Assembly (NCBI RefSeq): GCF_001194135.2
Contig: NC_068990.1
Location: 79,580,415 to 79,644,414 of the forward strand
DNA from: Octopus bimaculoides
Taxonomy: Eukaryota
Length of the DNA: 64,000 nucleotides
Reading direction: 5' to 3'
The translations under genes and the position numbers were made by a program. The notes beneath the pieces were generated by a model. It was not told the origin of the DNA and searched no databases. It saw nothing but the letters and a program-made list of their open reading frames with translations. Shown here one piece after another: positions 1 through 10,768 of the stretch (positions are counted from its first letter, which is position 1; each line of letters starts with the position of its first letter).

Positions 1-134
1 AAAAAAAAAAAAAATTGAAATAAACTAATTTGGGACAAAATGGTAGGGGGACGGGCAGAAGTCTTTCCGAAAATATTATTTGTATTCAGTGTATTTTATC
101 GTATGTATTTATACGGCATTTTTGTTTATTCTAA

Positions 135-720
135 ATGTGATATTCGCCAAGCAATTCGTCTATAAGAACAAGGTTATCAGCATAGAGGAGCTCCCAAGGG
201 CAGCCTGTCTTAAATTCTTTTGTTATTGCCTGGAGGACTATGATAAACGAGGGTGCTGAGGACCGATCCTTGGTGAACTCCTACTTGTACACTGAATTCG
301 TTACTCATTGCCAACCATTCTTAACTCAAGTCTGAAGTCACTAATGACTAATCTATGCTTCACTGGGGAAGATCTTTGCATTTATGAGCAACTATGAATC
401 TGACTTTTGGTGAGAATGTAATCAATATGGCTAGTGTGGTCATCCGATTTATAAGTTATCGAGTAACAGGTTAGTTTCTTGAAGTTGGTGTTGCAGATCA
501 TTTGGTTATTTGCATCACAGAACTCCAGTAGCCTTATTCCCTCCTCATTTGGGAACCAATTCCATGGCCCCCATGTTACACCATGCAAGATACCTGGCTA
601 TTGCCCAACATTCCATTGAAATCACTAGCCGTGAAGATAAGGTCACTGTAATTCGTCTTTGAGCCAGACATTGTCATAGAAGTGGTCCTTTTGTTCATTT
701 GGCAGACTCAGTTGGCGGTG
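135..720 (-). mobile_element. RTE-clade LINE fragment, internally deleted (endonuclease joined to RT core)
   Basis: Minus strand reads APE endonuclease motifs (NEEGIRLLEFC, HIDYIL, SDFRL), then directly VGNE..EFSVQVGVHQGSVLS..FIIVLQAITKEFKTGCPWELLYADN (RT core), with frameshifts. Confidence 0.8.
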
Positions 721-982
721 GGGGATGGGAGGGGGCAAAGCTGGTTGTTGCTGGGCTACTCTGCAAAATTAGACAGTGCCAACCCTGAGGGAATGTAAGG
801 GGAGGCAGGAGGTATCATGGGGAGGGAGAACAGCAGCTTTCAGCCTCTGAAAAGCAGGTTCTGATGAGCATTTGCCAACGGACATGTCCTCACATTTAAT
901 CTCCCATCATCCGTGTCACACTTTCCCTCTCCACTGGAAGTGAGTGTTATACAAGCAAAGAGGAAATAGCTATCATCATCAT

Positions 983-1170
983 CATCGTTTACCGTCCGTT
1001 TTTCAAGCTGGCATGAGGACTGGCTAGCCAGGAGGCTGCACCAGGCCCCAGTCTGATCTGGCAGTGTTTCTACAGCTGGATGCCCTTCTTAACACCAACC
1101 ACTCTGAGAGTGTAGTGGGTGCTTTTTACGTGCCACCGGCACTGAAGCCACTCAAGGCAGGGCTGGCATC
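983..1170 (-). mobile_element. SINE with (GAT)n tail, family C, partial
   Basis: catcatcatc tail plus shared core ctacagctggatgcccttc..accaaccactctgagagtgtagtgggtgcttttacgtgcc, seen in many copies across the window. Confidence 0.75.
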
Positions 1171-2016
1171 CTGGTTAATTATTTGTCACCTCCATTGGAG
1201 GTGGGTGTTGTATGCCAGCATTAGTACAAGCAATGTTAATGCAAATAGATAAATAGAATAAGGTTAATTAATTTTTTATAGTTAATTGACTGATTAATTA
1301 ATTAAGCAATAATACTAAGTATGACTGCAGAGCCATGACAGTAACAGAGAGAGGTGGGTGGTGGAGGGGTAGTTTTACACATTGACAAAAGGAGGAGAGA
1401 AGGAGTAAATAATAAATTCAATTAAATGAAGACTGGTTAGAGCCAGCAGAGTGCAATGCTGTGTGGATTGAAACGAGGAAACAACAAACTTATTAATCTT
1501 AAGAATTTCTTTTCTACTTTCTAATAAAAGTATGATTTATTATATCTCTCTCTCTCTCTTGTTTCATTCTTTTTAAGCACATATTTTCATTTGTGGAAAC
1601 TGTTTCTGATTTTACCCTTGAAGCTGCTCCCAATTGCTGCCACTGGCTTTTATGGGTTATCTCAATCTCAGGTCACCTCTACAGAATCTTTGAACAAACC
1701 ATTTCTGAGTAAGTTTTTGTCTTTTACATAGTCTTAGGTCAGCCCTTACTCTACACTCCTCTGACTGGGTTCTAGTCATAGCCATCCCATCGGTTTTTGG
1801 CCATAGTGTATCTAGGACTACAATTTCCTAATGTATTCTTCATTTATTTAAGATGGTAGGGTGTGGTATGAGCAAGATTTGGTTGCTGTTTCTAGCATGT
1901 CCAGTCTCAACAGAATAAGATCTTGCTCACATGGTAAAATAACTAAAGACCACTTTATAAACAGGAAATTTGATGACAAAGCAAATACAGACTACAGAAA
2001 AATCATCGCGTAACCT

Positions 2017-2355
2017 CTGCTTTCCATGCTGGCATGGGTTGGACGGTTTGACTGAGGACTGGCGAGCCAGAAGGCTGCACCATGCTCCATTCTGATCTGG
2101 CAGAGTTTCTAAAGCTGAATGCCCTTCCTAACACCAACCGCTCTGAGAGTGTAGAGGGTGCTTTTTACGTCCCACTGGCACAGGAGCCAGTCAGGCGGCA
2201 CTGGCATCGGCCACATTCGAATGGTGCTTTTTACATGCCACCAGCATGGGGAGCCAGTCAGGTGGCTCTGGCAGCAACCCACACATGAATGAATGGTGCT
2301 TATCACATGCCACCAGCACTGGTAACAGCCACAACTACAATTTCCATTTGATTCT
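2017..2355 (-). mobile_element. SINE family C with internal ~60-bp repeat units
   Basis: Same core as 983-1170 plus repeated ggtgcttttacatgccacc units. Confidence 0.75.
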
Positions 2356-2490
2356 GATGAAAATTCTGTAAAATAATAAATTTAACGATTCAAACACCCT
2401 CACCCCCATCAACCTCATAAATTAAATATAGAAAAATTAATAACATTTTTGTTCTCAAATTGATTTAATTTTTCTTCTGCTTTGTAAAAG

Positions 2491-3464
2491 GTCCGTTACA
2501 GAAACTGTTGCAGTCAAAGAAGTAAATGACTCCATTTTTGATGCTTTGTTACCAAAATCTTCAGACTTAAACTTCCAACAAAATACAGAACCAACTTCAT
2601 TTATTCGACCACAGGATTCTCTTTTACAATTGGTTCCTGATTCCACTGCTTTGTGTGTTTTCATTGATCTCATTATTGTCTCTTCCATTACTAAAGATGT
2701 GTGCACTGTAAATGTATATCAAAAAGAAGATATAGCATCCGTTTCTGAAAGAAAGGCCTCTGCTGCTCTGATTGTTCCATGCCTAACGAAATGTATCCCC
2801 CTACAGATTTATGACAGTCAGTCATGTGACAAACATATGAATCTTTATTTAGTCACATCTTCTTCCAATTCTTCAATTCCCTGCTCTCAAACCATACAAC
2901 TACCGTTGTTAGTTTTCACTTCCTTATTTGGTGCTGAAGCTAGTCTGTTACATTCAGCTGTGATATTACTAACCATGCCGTCTGGGTTTGTTTACTATTT
3001 TTCTCTTAAACAGTGGAAACCCCAACAAAATTCCATGGATTGCCCTTTGTCTGTCCTTTGTAACCTGAATGCTCCCATTGTCAAAGTATGTCTTATTTAT
3101 CTCCGGAGACAATCCACTAGTGACCTGCCAACTGAGACAATGCCTAATTCCCAATCACCTGCAGCATCAACAAGTGTCTCCCAGAATCTTCCGTGCCTAC
3201 TTCTCGCTGCTAAAAATGGCAAATGTTTTCTATTTTCTCCACCAAGTAACTTCAAAAATCAACTCAAAGTTCTTGAGACAATTCATTTAGAAGATTCTCC
3301 AATATCAGATTGTTGTCTGGGAATTAAACCCTATCAATTAGTCTATGCCACTAGGAAAAAGGTCATCCAACTTGACCTTAATTACAACGAAGGAATCAGC
3401 CAAACCACCAAACACATAGCATCCTTGTCTGCCATTTCTACCTTAGCAGTTCTTCAGCTAAAAG
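2491..3464 (+). CDS. FAAP100: Fanconi anemia core complex-associated protein 100-like, first visible coding exon (974 nt)
   Basis: Acceptor ttttcttctgctttgtaaaag at 2489-2490, open frame, donor G|GTGAG at 3465. SLFGAEASLLHSAVILLTMPSGFVYYFSLK matches my recollection of vertebrate FAAP100 (LFGADATLLQSPVVLCGLPDGQLCCVVLK). No start codon is visible; upstream exon(s) are missing. Confidence 0.8.
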
Positions 3465-3589
3465 GTGAGCTTTTATCTTTATTAATCTCTCTTTGGTTGT
3501 TTTATTCTTTTCGTTTTTGGTGTGATTTAGGGAAGGCAAGAGGTGAGGGATCTAATGTCATTGGTTCCAGCAACCGTTTTAATATTTTT

Positions 3590-3938
3590 TTAATCTTTTA
3601 CTTGTTTCAGTCTTTAGACTGCAACCATGCCCCACCCTGAAGAATTTTAGTCAAATGGATCAACTCTAGTACTTAGTTTTTTATGCCCAATAATTCCATT
3701 GGTCTCCTTTGCCAAACCACTAAGTTACAGGGATGTAAACACATCAGCACAGGTTGTTAAGTGGTAATGGAACACATATATAATGGGCTTCTTTCAGTTT
3801 TCTTCTACCAAATCCATGCATAAGGCTTTGATTAACTCATGGCCACAGTAGAATACACTTGCTCAAGGTGCCATGCAGTGGGACTGAACTTGGAACCATG
3901 TGATTGGGAAGTAAAACTGCTTACCACATGGCCACATC
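3590..3938 (-). mobile_element. tRNA-derived CORE-like SINE (family A), near full length
   Basis: Reverse complement has a tRNA-like head (tggccatgtggtaagcag..gttcaagttcagtccc) and a CORE-like ggcaccttgagcaagtg; other copies at about 20030, 25303, 33975, 46450, 55444, 58790 and 59000. Confidence 0.75.
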
Positions 3939-4034
3939 TTAAATCAAACGTTTTATTTCATTTGTTTGATGATGTTTTTGCTTTTAATTCTCCAATTTAT
4001 TTTTTCTACAGATTTTTTGTTGTTGTTTCCAGGT

Positions 4035-4495
4035 ATCATCATCATCGTTTAACGTCTGTTTTCCATGCTGGCATGGGTTGGACGGTTTGACTGAGGACTG
4101 GCGAATCAGATGGCTGCACCAGGCTCCAACCTGATCTGGCAAAGTTTCTACAGCTGGATGCCCTTTCTAATGCCAACCACTCCGAGAATGTAGTGGGTGC
4201 TTTTACGTGTCACCAGTCAGGCGGTACTGGCAACAATCACGCTCAATTGATGCTTTTTACGTGCCACCGGCATGGGAGCCAATCTGTGGCCCTGGCAACG
4301 ATTACCTTCGGATGTGCTTTTAACGTTCCACTAGCACGAGTGCCAATCAGGCAGTACTGTCATCGGCCATGTCAGCGACCATGTCAGCGATTTTGATTTC
4401 ACTTGCCTCAATAGGTCTTCGCAAGCAAAGTTTATTGTCCAATGAATGAGAGGTACTCATAAGTGGGCTGGTTACACCCCATGCTTGGATGTGCT
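4035..4495 (-). mobile_element. SINE family C, long copy in FAAP100 intron
   Basis: catcatcatcgtttaacgtc tail, core and several internal units. Confidence 0.75.
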
Positions 4496-5118
4496 TTTCT
4501 TTATTCAGAATATTGTGGATAAATGAGAGGAAGCCATTGTAAAGCTGTATTACATGGTACATCAGAGAATGACTGAAGTAGACCAATGACATGATTTAGG
4601 TTGATGGTCATGTACTCAGACATAACCTGAAAAACTCTAAAGGAATTGAAATTTCCCCTCAACGTTTGAAAATTTCAAAGGGAAGGGGAGATAATTCTTT
4701 TAAAAATTAATTCACCAAACAATTTTCATGCTTGTTGTAGGGAATCTAATCCTTCTCTGCAATCAAGGGGCTTAATTAGAGACCTGTTTTATTAGACTTC
4801 TTCATAGTCATCTAAAATCTGTAAACATAGATTTTTACAAGAATCCTAAAAATAATTTTGGCGAATAATTTGCATAATTACAAAAAAGTGAGTTAAAGGA
4901 AATAAGTGACACATACCTATCCCATGAATTTAGAGAATTCACTTAAATTTTCTTGTCAGTTGTTAACAATTTCATGATTGCTTTGGTCTTCTTTTCCATA
5001 CTAACCTGTAGCTAACCCTCACCTCCCTCCTCACAGTATTGTAACTTTTACCACCCATCATCATACTATTTGATTTAATATTTTGAAACTGTCACATTTT
5101 GTCTTTTTCATTCTGTAG

Positions 5119-5997
5119 ATGACAACAAATTGTTGTGTTTATCAAACCATGGCCAGTTCTATAGCCTGTCTGTATCAGAAGAGGGACTCAACATGAACGC
5201 ACAACTCAAACAAGAAGAAAACTCTGTTTCCCAGCTGCTTTCTCAAGTGGAAAATATCAATAAGAATATTAAAAGAGCTTCAGGAATTTTGGATGCTCAG
5301 TCCCATGTAATTTCTCAGTTTGTAACTGGCAGCCACCTTACACGGGGCCAGTTTGTGTCCAGCAATATCCAGTGTAAACTGACCGTCTTTAAAGACATCT
5401 ACGGAAAGACAATTCTCCAATGTGCAATCACTAACAGAAAACTGACCTTTACGTCTGATTGGTCGTTTCTCGTGGAAGCTGTTCCATCTCGAAAATACCA
5501 AGAAAGTAATCATACAACTTGCCATTCATTAGTTAAAACCTTATCTCTTGCCAATGGTTTAAAACCTGAAGAATCTGCTCTGATTGACATTATTCCAAAC
5601 ATCATGGCACCCTCAGATACAAGAATTCGTGTTTCTGTTTGGCTTGTCTTTAACTTACCATTTTGTGAGTTTTATCTAGATTCCCCAAATGATATTTCTA
5701 GATATTTAGAAACCCAGCTTTCAAAGGGAATGGCCATTCCTGTCTTTAAAGGAAACACTGATTTCTTATCTTTTGTTTTACCTTTGGAAAGGGAAGAATC
5801 CAAAATCCATTCTATTTCAAGTATTAAATCTCCTTCTTTAACTAAAAAAGTACAAACAATTGCCTGTGATAAACCCATATATGCAACCGTCTCTGACCCC
5901 CAAAAGGACCTTGTTATGGAATCGGAACAGTTGTTCACTCATGCAATTGATATTCCTGCTTCTCTTAAGAATTCCATTTTTGACCACAACTGTACAG
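5119..5997 (+). CDS. FAAP100: FAAP100-like coding exon (879 nt)
   Basis: Acceptor gtctttttcattctgtag; phase 1 joins the previous exon (G+AT=Asp); donor G|GTAAAC at 5998. LLCLSNHGQFYSLSV..VSQLLSQVENIN..IQCKLT..FTSDWSFLVEAV parallels the FAAP100 middle region. Confidence 0.8.
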
Positions 5998-6518
5998 GTA
6001 AACATTTAGATTTAGATTCCAATTTATTTACCTTTTTTTCTTTCTTATATGGTTTATCCTTTTTCTCCTCCTCCTCCCCCCCCCCCCCCCCCACTTAGCA
6101 GCTACAGTTTATTTTTTTAACCTTTAGACATTTCACATTGGCCATGTTTTTGCCCCTCACACATTATGGAACCATTTCCACTTCTGCTATATTCTGTATA
6201 GCCTCTAACATTGGTTCCTATTATATGAAGGAACTTCCCTTTTGTAGTTATAACATTTTGTCCTTCCTCAATCTTTGGACTGTTTAATCTCCAACTCACC
6301 ATTGTGCTAAACCATCAGATGCATAGAAAAGATCAAATAGAATAAGTTTTATTTACTTCTAAAGAATTTTACTGAATTACTTTAGTTTTTAGCTTATTTT
6401 TGAAGACAAAGAATGTTTTTAGATTTGTTTAAAATGCTGCACAGGAATTCACATCACAAATACTTCTTTTAGTTGTGTGCATGTCTATATCTCCACCCAT
6501 CCATATATCTGTAAATAT

Positions 6519-6557
<39 letters not shown>

Positions 6558-7452
6558 CACTAGGTGTGTATTAGAAAAAGGGGATTTTTTAAATCAGAAA
6601 TGAAATACTTGCTGTATGTCTATGAATCCCCCAAATATCTGACTGGTGCAGCACCACTGCCACCTTGGAAAATTTAGTGTTGATTCCAGCATTAGATTCT
6701 GGAAGCATAATTTGCAATGTGTACACTGTAACTGGAATTGTCTGTTGGAAAGATAACCAGACAGTTGTGTGTTTTTGAGATTTAATAATAATAGTTTAAT
6801 ATCAACAAGTAAGAGGTGGAGGCCATCAGATTGTTTTATATTGGATTGGCATCAGACCAAGAGATTCCACTGTCCCAGCGACATACCATTAAGGTTTAGT
6901 GTCTGTATGTGTATATACATATATCTATGATGTCCTGTAGTTTTTGAGGAGGTGTATTGTAGGGTCTGGGTTCAAATTCTTCTCTGGCTGATTTCATTTT
7001 TTTTCTGACCAGGATTAATTAAATTAGTAATTATACTCAGCACTTTGTTATAATTTGTGTAGAAATTATAAATTAACAAACCATTCCAGTACCATGGATC
7101 AAAGCTGGGTAGATATCATCATTTAATGTCTGTTTTTCCATTCTATGATTGGTTGGACGGTTTGACAGGAATTGGTGAGTCAGAAGACGGCCCCAAGCCC
7201 TGGCTACTTTTTTTTTTTGGTATGGCTGAACATCCTCATTGTGTTCAGACCCATTCTTCTAGATTGAATGGTTAAACCTATTTGGTATAAGATTATCATC
7301 TTTGAATTCCAACATTTTGAGATCTAATCTTACCATTTCTTAGTCCATGTCTGCCTTCCTTTGTCAATACAGCACTTTGCATCATTTGGCCGTGACCATC
7401 ACAGCACCTTCACTTTTCTTTCTTGTAATCATCAACAATTTATACATTTTAT

Positions 7453-7591
7453 GTTCATCATAATTTATGTATTTCTTGTTCATCATAATTTATGTATTTC
7501 TTGTTCATCATAATTTATGTATTTCTTGTTCATCATAATTTATGCATTTCCTGTTCATCATAATTTATGTATTTCTTGTTCATCATAATTT
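7453..7591 (+). repeat. 25-bp minisatellite, about 5.5 copies
   Basis: Unit gttcatcataatttatgtatttctt at 7453, 7478, 7503, 7528, 7553 and partial at 7578. Confidence 0.9.
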
Positions 7592-7603
7592 CTCTTCCAA
7601 AAG

Positions 7604-7824
7604 ATTCGACTCATCAATCCTGTCTTCTCAATGATTTACTGACTAAGATGGAGGTGATGTCATGTGATGTGACAGACTCCTCGGTGACCCTCAACTCAAC
7701 TGATTGTGGTCAGCTTATTATTGCTGTCCATCAGAAGGATCATGTTAAATACATCCTAGAGATCCAAGCCTCCAGCCAAGGAGTCGTAGCTGAAACTGTC
7801 CATGCCATCTTACTTCGACTTATG
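7604..7824 (+). CDS. FAAP100: FAAP100-like coding exon (221 nt)
   Basis: Acceptor tctcttccaaaag, phase 1 in; donor ATG|GTAAGG, phase 0 out; open frame DSTHQSCLL..HAILLRLM. Confidence 0.78.
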
Positions 7825-7884
7825 GTAAGGGAAACTAAGATTTAATTTATTATTACTAAAGAGAGGTGATAGAAACACTAGGAC

Positions 7885-7923
<39 letters not shown>

Positions 7924-8904
7924 TTGATTCCATTGACGACCCCCCACTACTCAGCTGGTACTTATCTTATCAATCCCAAAAGAATGAAAGGCAAAGTTGA
8001 CCTCAGCAGAATCTGAACTCAGAATGTAGAGACAGACAAGGAATACAAATGGCAGAGTTGTTTAGCATGCCGGTATGCTATGCCGTCTCACATCCTTCAT
8101 TTGGTGCTACATACTGTTTTGTATAATGGTTAGCTTCTCATCTTTTAACTCTTTCATTGCCATATTTCAATTGAGTTAATCATTCCAATTTATTTTGAAA
8201 ATGATGAAGAATTTAGTATAAGAGCATTTCTGTTGCTGTAATAACAGGATTAGATGAAGCAAAGCGAATCTAATTTCCACTTTTGCTCACACTAGAAAAA
8301 CTAATGTTACCAGACAGAGCAACACATGGACGGGAGTCCTCTCAGTAAGCTGCATTAAATAAAGAAAACCCCTAAACCCTAGCTTGTGTACCTGAGGACA
8401 CATGGAGTTAAAGTTTAACAAGAGAGAAACACAAAGGAAAGGGACAGACATGATTTCTATGGATACCAAATATATATTTTGTCACCTTCTTCTAACGTCT
8501 GGGTTGGATGGTTTTACAGGATCCGGTGTGTCCAAGGACTGCACTGATCGCCAGTCTCTGATTTGGCGTGGAGTAGATGCACACAACAGCATGATTGGAT
8601 CGATTTCAGAAGTTGACCTTGCAACCATGCGGTTTCAGGTTCAGTCCCACTGTACAGCACTTTGGACAATTGTCTTCTTTATTTTCAAAAAAAATTGCTT
8701 CAGTAGCATGTGTTCATCTGACCCATGCTGGCTTGAAAAAATTGATGTAAGAAACAAACTAATTACCTAAGTTTCATTTCTTTTCACATGCCACTGGCAC
8801 ATGTGCTGGTAAGGCAATAGTGGCAATGATCATGCTCGAATGGTGCTTTTTATGTTCCATCAGCACAGGAGCCAATCTGTGGCCCTGGCAACAATCACGC
8901 TCGG

Positions 8905-9071
8905 ATAGTTTTAATTAATCATTCATTATGTCATTGCTTTGTGATTTTGATGTGATTGTTTATTTTTAAGATGACTTGGTAGATGTGAGAGGGTAGATCT
9001 GTCCAGTTCAAACGTAAAACGGGTAGAATCTTTACATCTGGATTTGGCCAGTTTAAATACTAAAAGGTTAA
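8905..9071 (-). mobile_element. piggyBac-type MITE fragment
   Basis: Ends in ..aaaaggTTAA; reverse complement aligns by eye with the MITE starting at 33029. Confidence 0.55.
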
Positions 9072-9183
9072 CAAAAAAAAGTCTCTCGAATGCTTTTAAT
9101 TACATAACGATTGTAAATTTTAATTAGTCTGAAATTTTCTTTGGTTTTTGTTTTAATTATTTTTGCTTTTGTTATTTCAACAG

Positions 9184-9246
9184 AAATTGTTGTCTGATAA
9201 GCCGACTGTTACATTGGACTGTTCCAAGTTTGGTCAAGAGATGGAG
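9184..9246 (+). CDS. FAAP100: FAAP100-like coding exon (63 nt)
   Basis: Acceptor ttttgttatttcaacag, donor GAG|GTGAG, phase 0/0; KLLSDKPTVTLDCSKFGQEME. Confidence 0.75.
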
Positions 9247-9386
9247 GTGAGATGATGAACATATTTTTATTGTTAACCCATGTTCTTTTATTGTTATCCT
9301 GTAATAAGTTAGGTACCCCACAATACTTAGGCACATTAATTGTTACCCCACTGTGTTTCATGAGTTGTGTTTGTTTCCCTCTTCAG

Positions 9387-9530
9387 ATAATAACAGAAGA
9401 AGTGAAATCAATCCAGGAAGATCTAAATTCTACAGAAATGGTTGACAGTAAAATCATGACCCGAGTTTTATTGGCGTATCTAAAGTCAAGGAACCTTGAT
9501 TTCATCATAACATCAGATTTGTATTCTTGA
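9387..9530 (+). CDS. FAAP100: FAAP100-like terminal coding exon
   Basis: Acceptor ttgtttccctcttcag; IITEEVKSIQEDL..TRVLLAYLKSRNLDFII..* resembles the FAAP100 C-terminus (LLQVYRQLRHPSLILL). The five exons join in frame to about 759 aa. Confidence 0.78.
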   Translation: MITEEVKSIQEDLNSTEMVDSKIMTRVLLAYLKSRNLDFIITSDLYS

Positions 9531-10259
9531 CACAAACTTATTTATTTACACTTTTTGTTTTTATTCCTGTTGTAGTTTTGCATTTAATTTCACATATTTA
9601 TATTTTACATCAANNNNNNNNNNATTATTGTGTTTGTTTTTAGATGTTTTTTTCTAAAAGCTAACTTTTTCAGTCCTGAAGTGATTAGGAAGTCAGGGGT
9701 GAAGGTTATTCTCAGTAAGAATAAACTGGAACAAGCAAAGTTATGTACCACCTTCTTAACATTAAACAATGCCTTGGAGAAATATTTCACTTGATGACCA
9801 AAAGTTTAGCTGTTTCACCTCTCCACCATCATGCTGTTTCTCTCTCTCTCTCTCATTCCCTTTTTCTTTTATTCTCATTTGTGTGTGTGTTATAAAAGAT
9901 GTCTGAAAACAAATATCACAGCCATGAAAAAATGTGTTTCTAATGTTGTGTGTGTTTGAACAACAAACACACTTCATAACCCAACATGTCCATAACAGCA
10001 ACATGTCCACATTGCAATCCTAAAATAGAGTTGAATGGACGATGTGTGTGTGTGTGTTGAACAGTTGATCGTACAAGTGAGGTCTTTACTGTCAGAGTTT
10101 GTTTAATTAATTAATGTGTAATGAGAGCATTCCTGGAAGTCAATTACATTAACCCCAGTGTTCAACTGCTACCTTTTTTCAGCCCTGGCAGAATTTGAAC
10201 TCAGAACATAAAGACAAACAAAATGCCACTGAGCATTTTGCCTGGCACGCTAACGATTC

Positions 10260-10768
10260 CGTTCCATTTTAGAGTGTCTGAGTTTTGTGATGTTTAGCTT
10301 ATTTTTTGGTCAACCTTTTGTCTTCATACTTTGTGTCCTGAAGGCAAAAGCATCTTTGACCTGATCATATGGTTACTGTAGCTGGGACTGGAAGATTCAA
10401 AAGCATCTTTGACCTGATCTTATGGTTGCTGTAGCTGGGACTGGAAGATGCAAATCTCTGCAGCATAGCCCATGTACATGCAGTGTTGACTCAACATCAT
10501 TTAATGCTCTCTGGATGGCCACCTCTCAAGTGTTAATTTTTGTGAAATCCTTAATCACCTCCTCGTCAAACTGGTGATACAGCTGCAAAGGGTTAGCTGG
10601 GGTGTTGAAGATGCAAATGAGAGCAGACAATTGTCTTGACTGAAATGGCATACTTGTAAGGGATGCTTCTTCCATGCACCTGTGCCATTCGTCATCATTT
10701 TGAACTAAATTTCTTCTAAGAGCAGCTTCTTTAAACGAATTGTAGACAACACCATCAACTGTTTTCAT
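10260..10768 (-). pseudogene. Helitron Rep/helicase linker fragment
   Basis: KTVDGVVYNSFKEAALRRNLVQNDDEWHRCMEEA..MPFQSRQLSALICIFNTPANPLQLY matches the typical Helitron TVDG..TF.EA....GLL.DD.EW...MP.QLR.LF..I motif; a 53-bp tandem duplication lies at 10345-10449. Confidence 0.8.

Noticed and set aside
3465-3640. Hydrophobic C-terminal extension of the 364-aa ORF
   Set aside because: It is read-through into the intron past the GTGAG donor; the same applies to 5998-6098.
8195-8290. ATGATGA box C in a FAAP100 intron (possible snoRNA)
   Set aside because: No box D CTGA with a terminal stem at a suitable distance.
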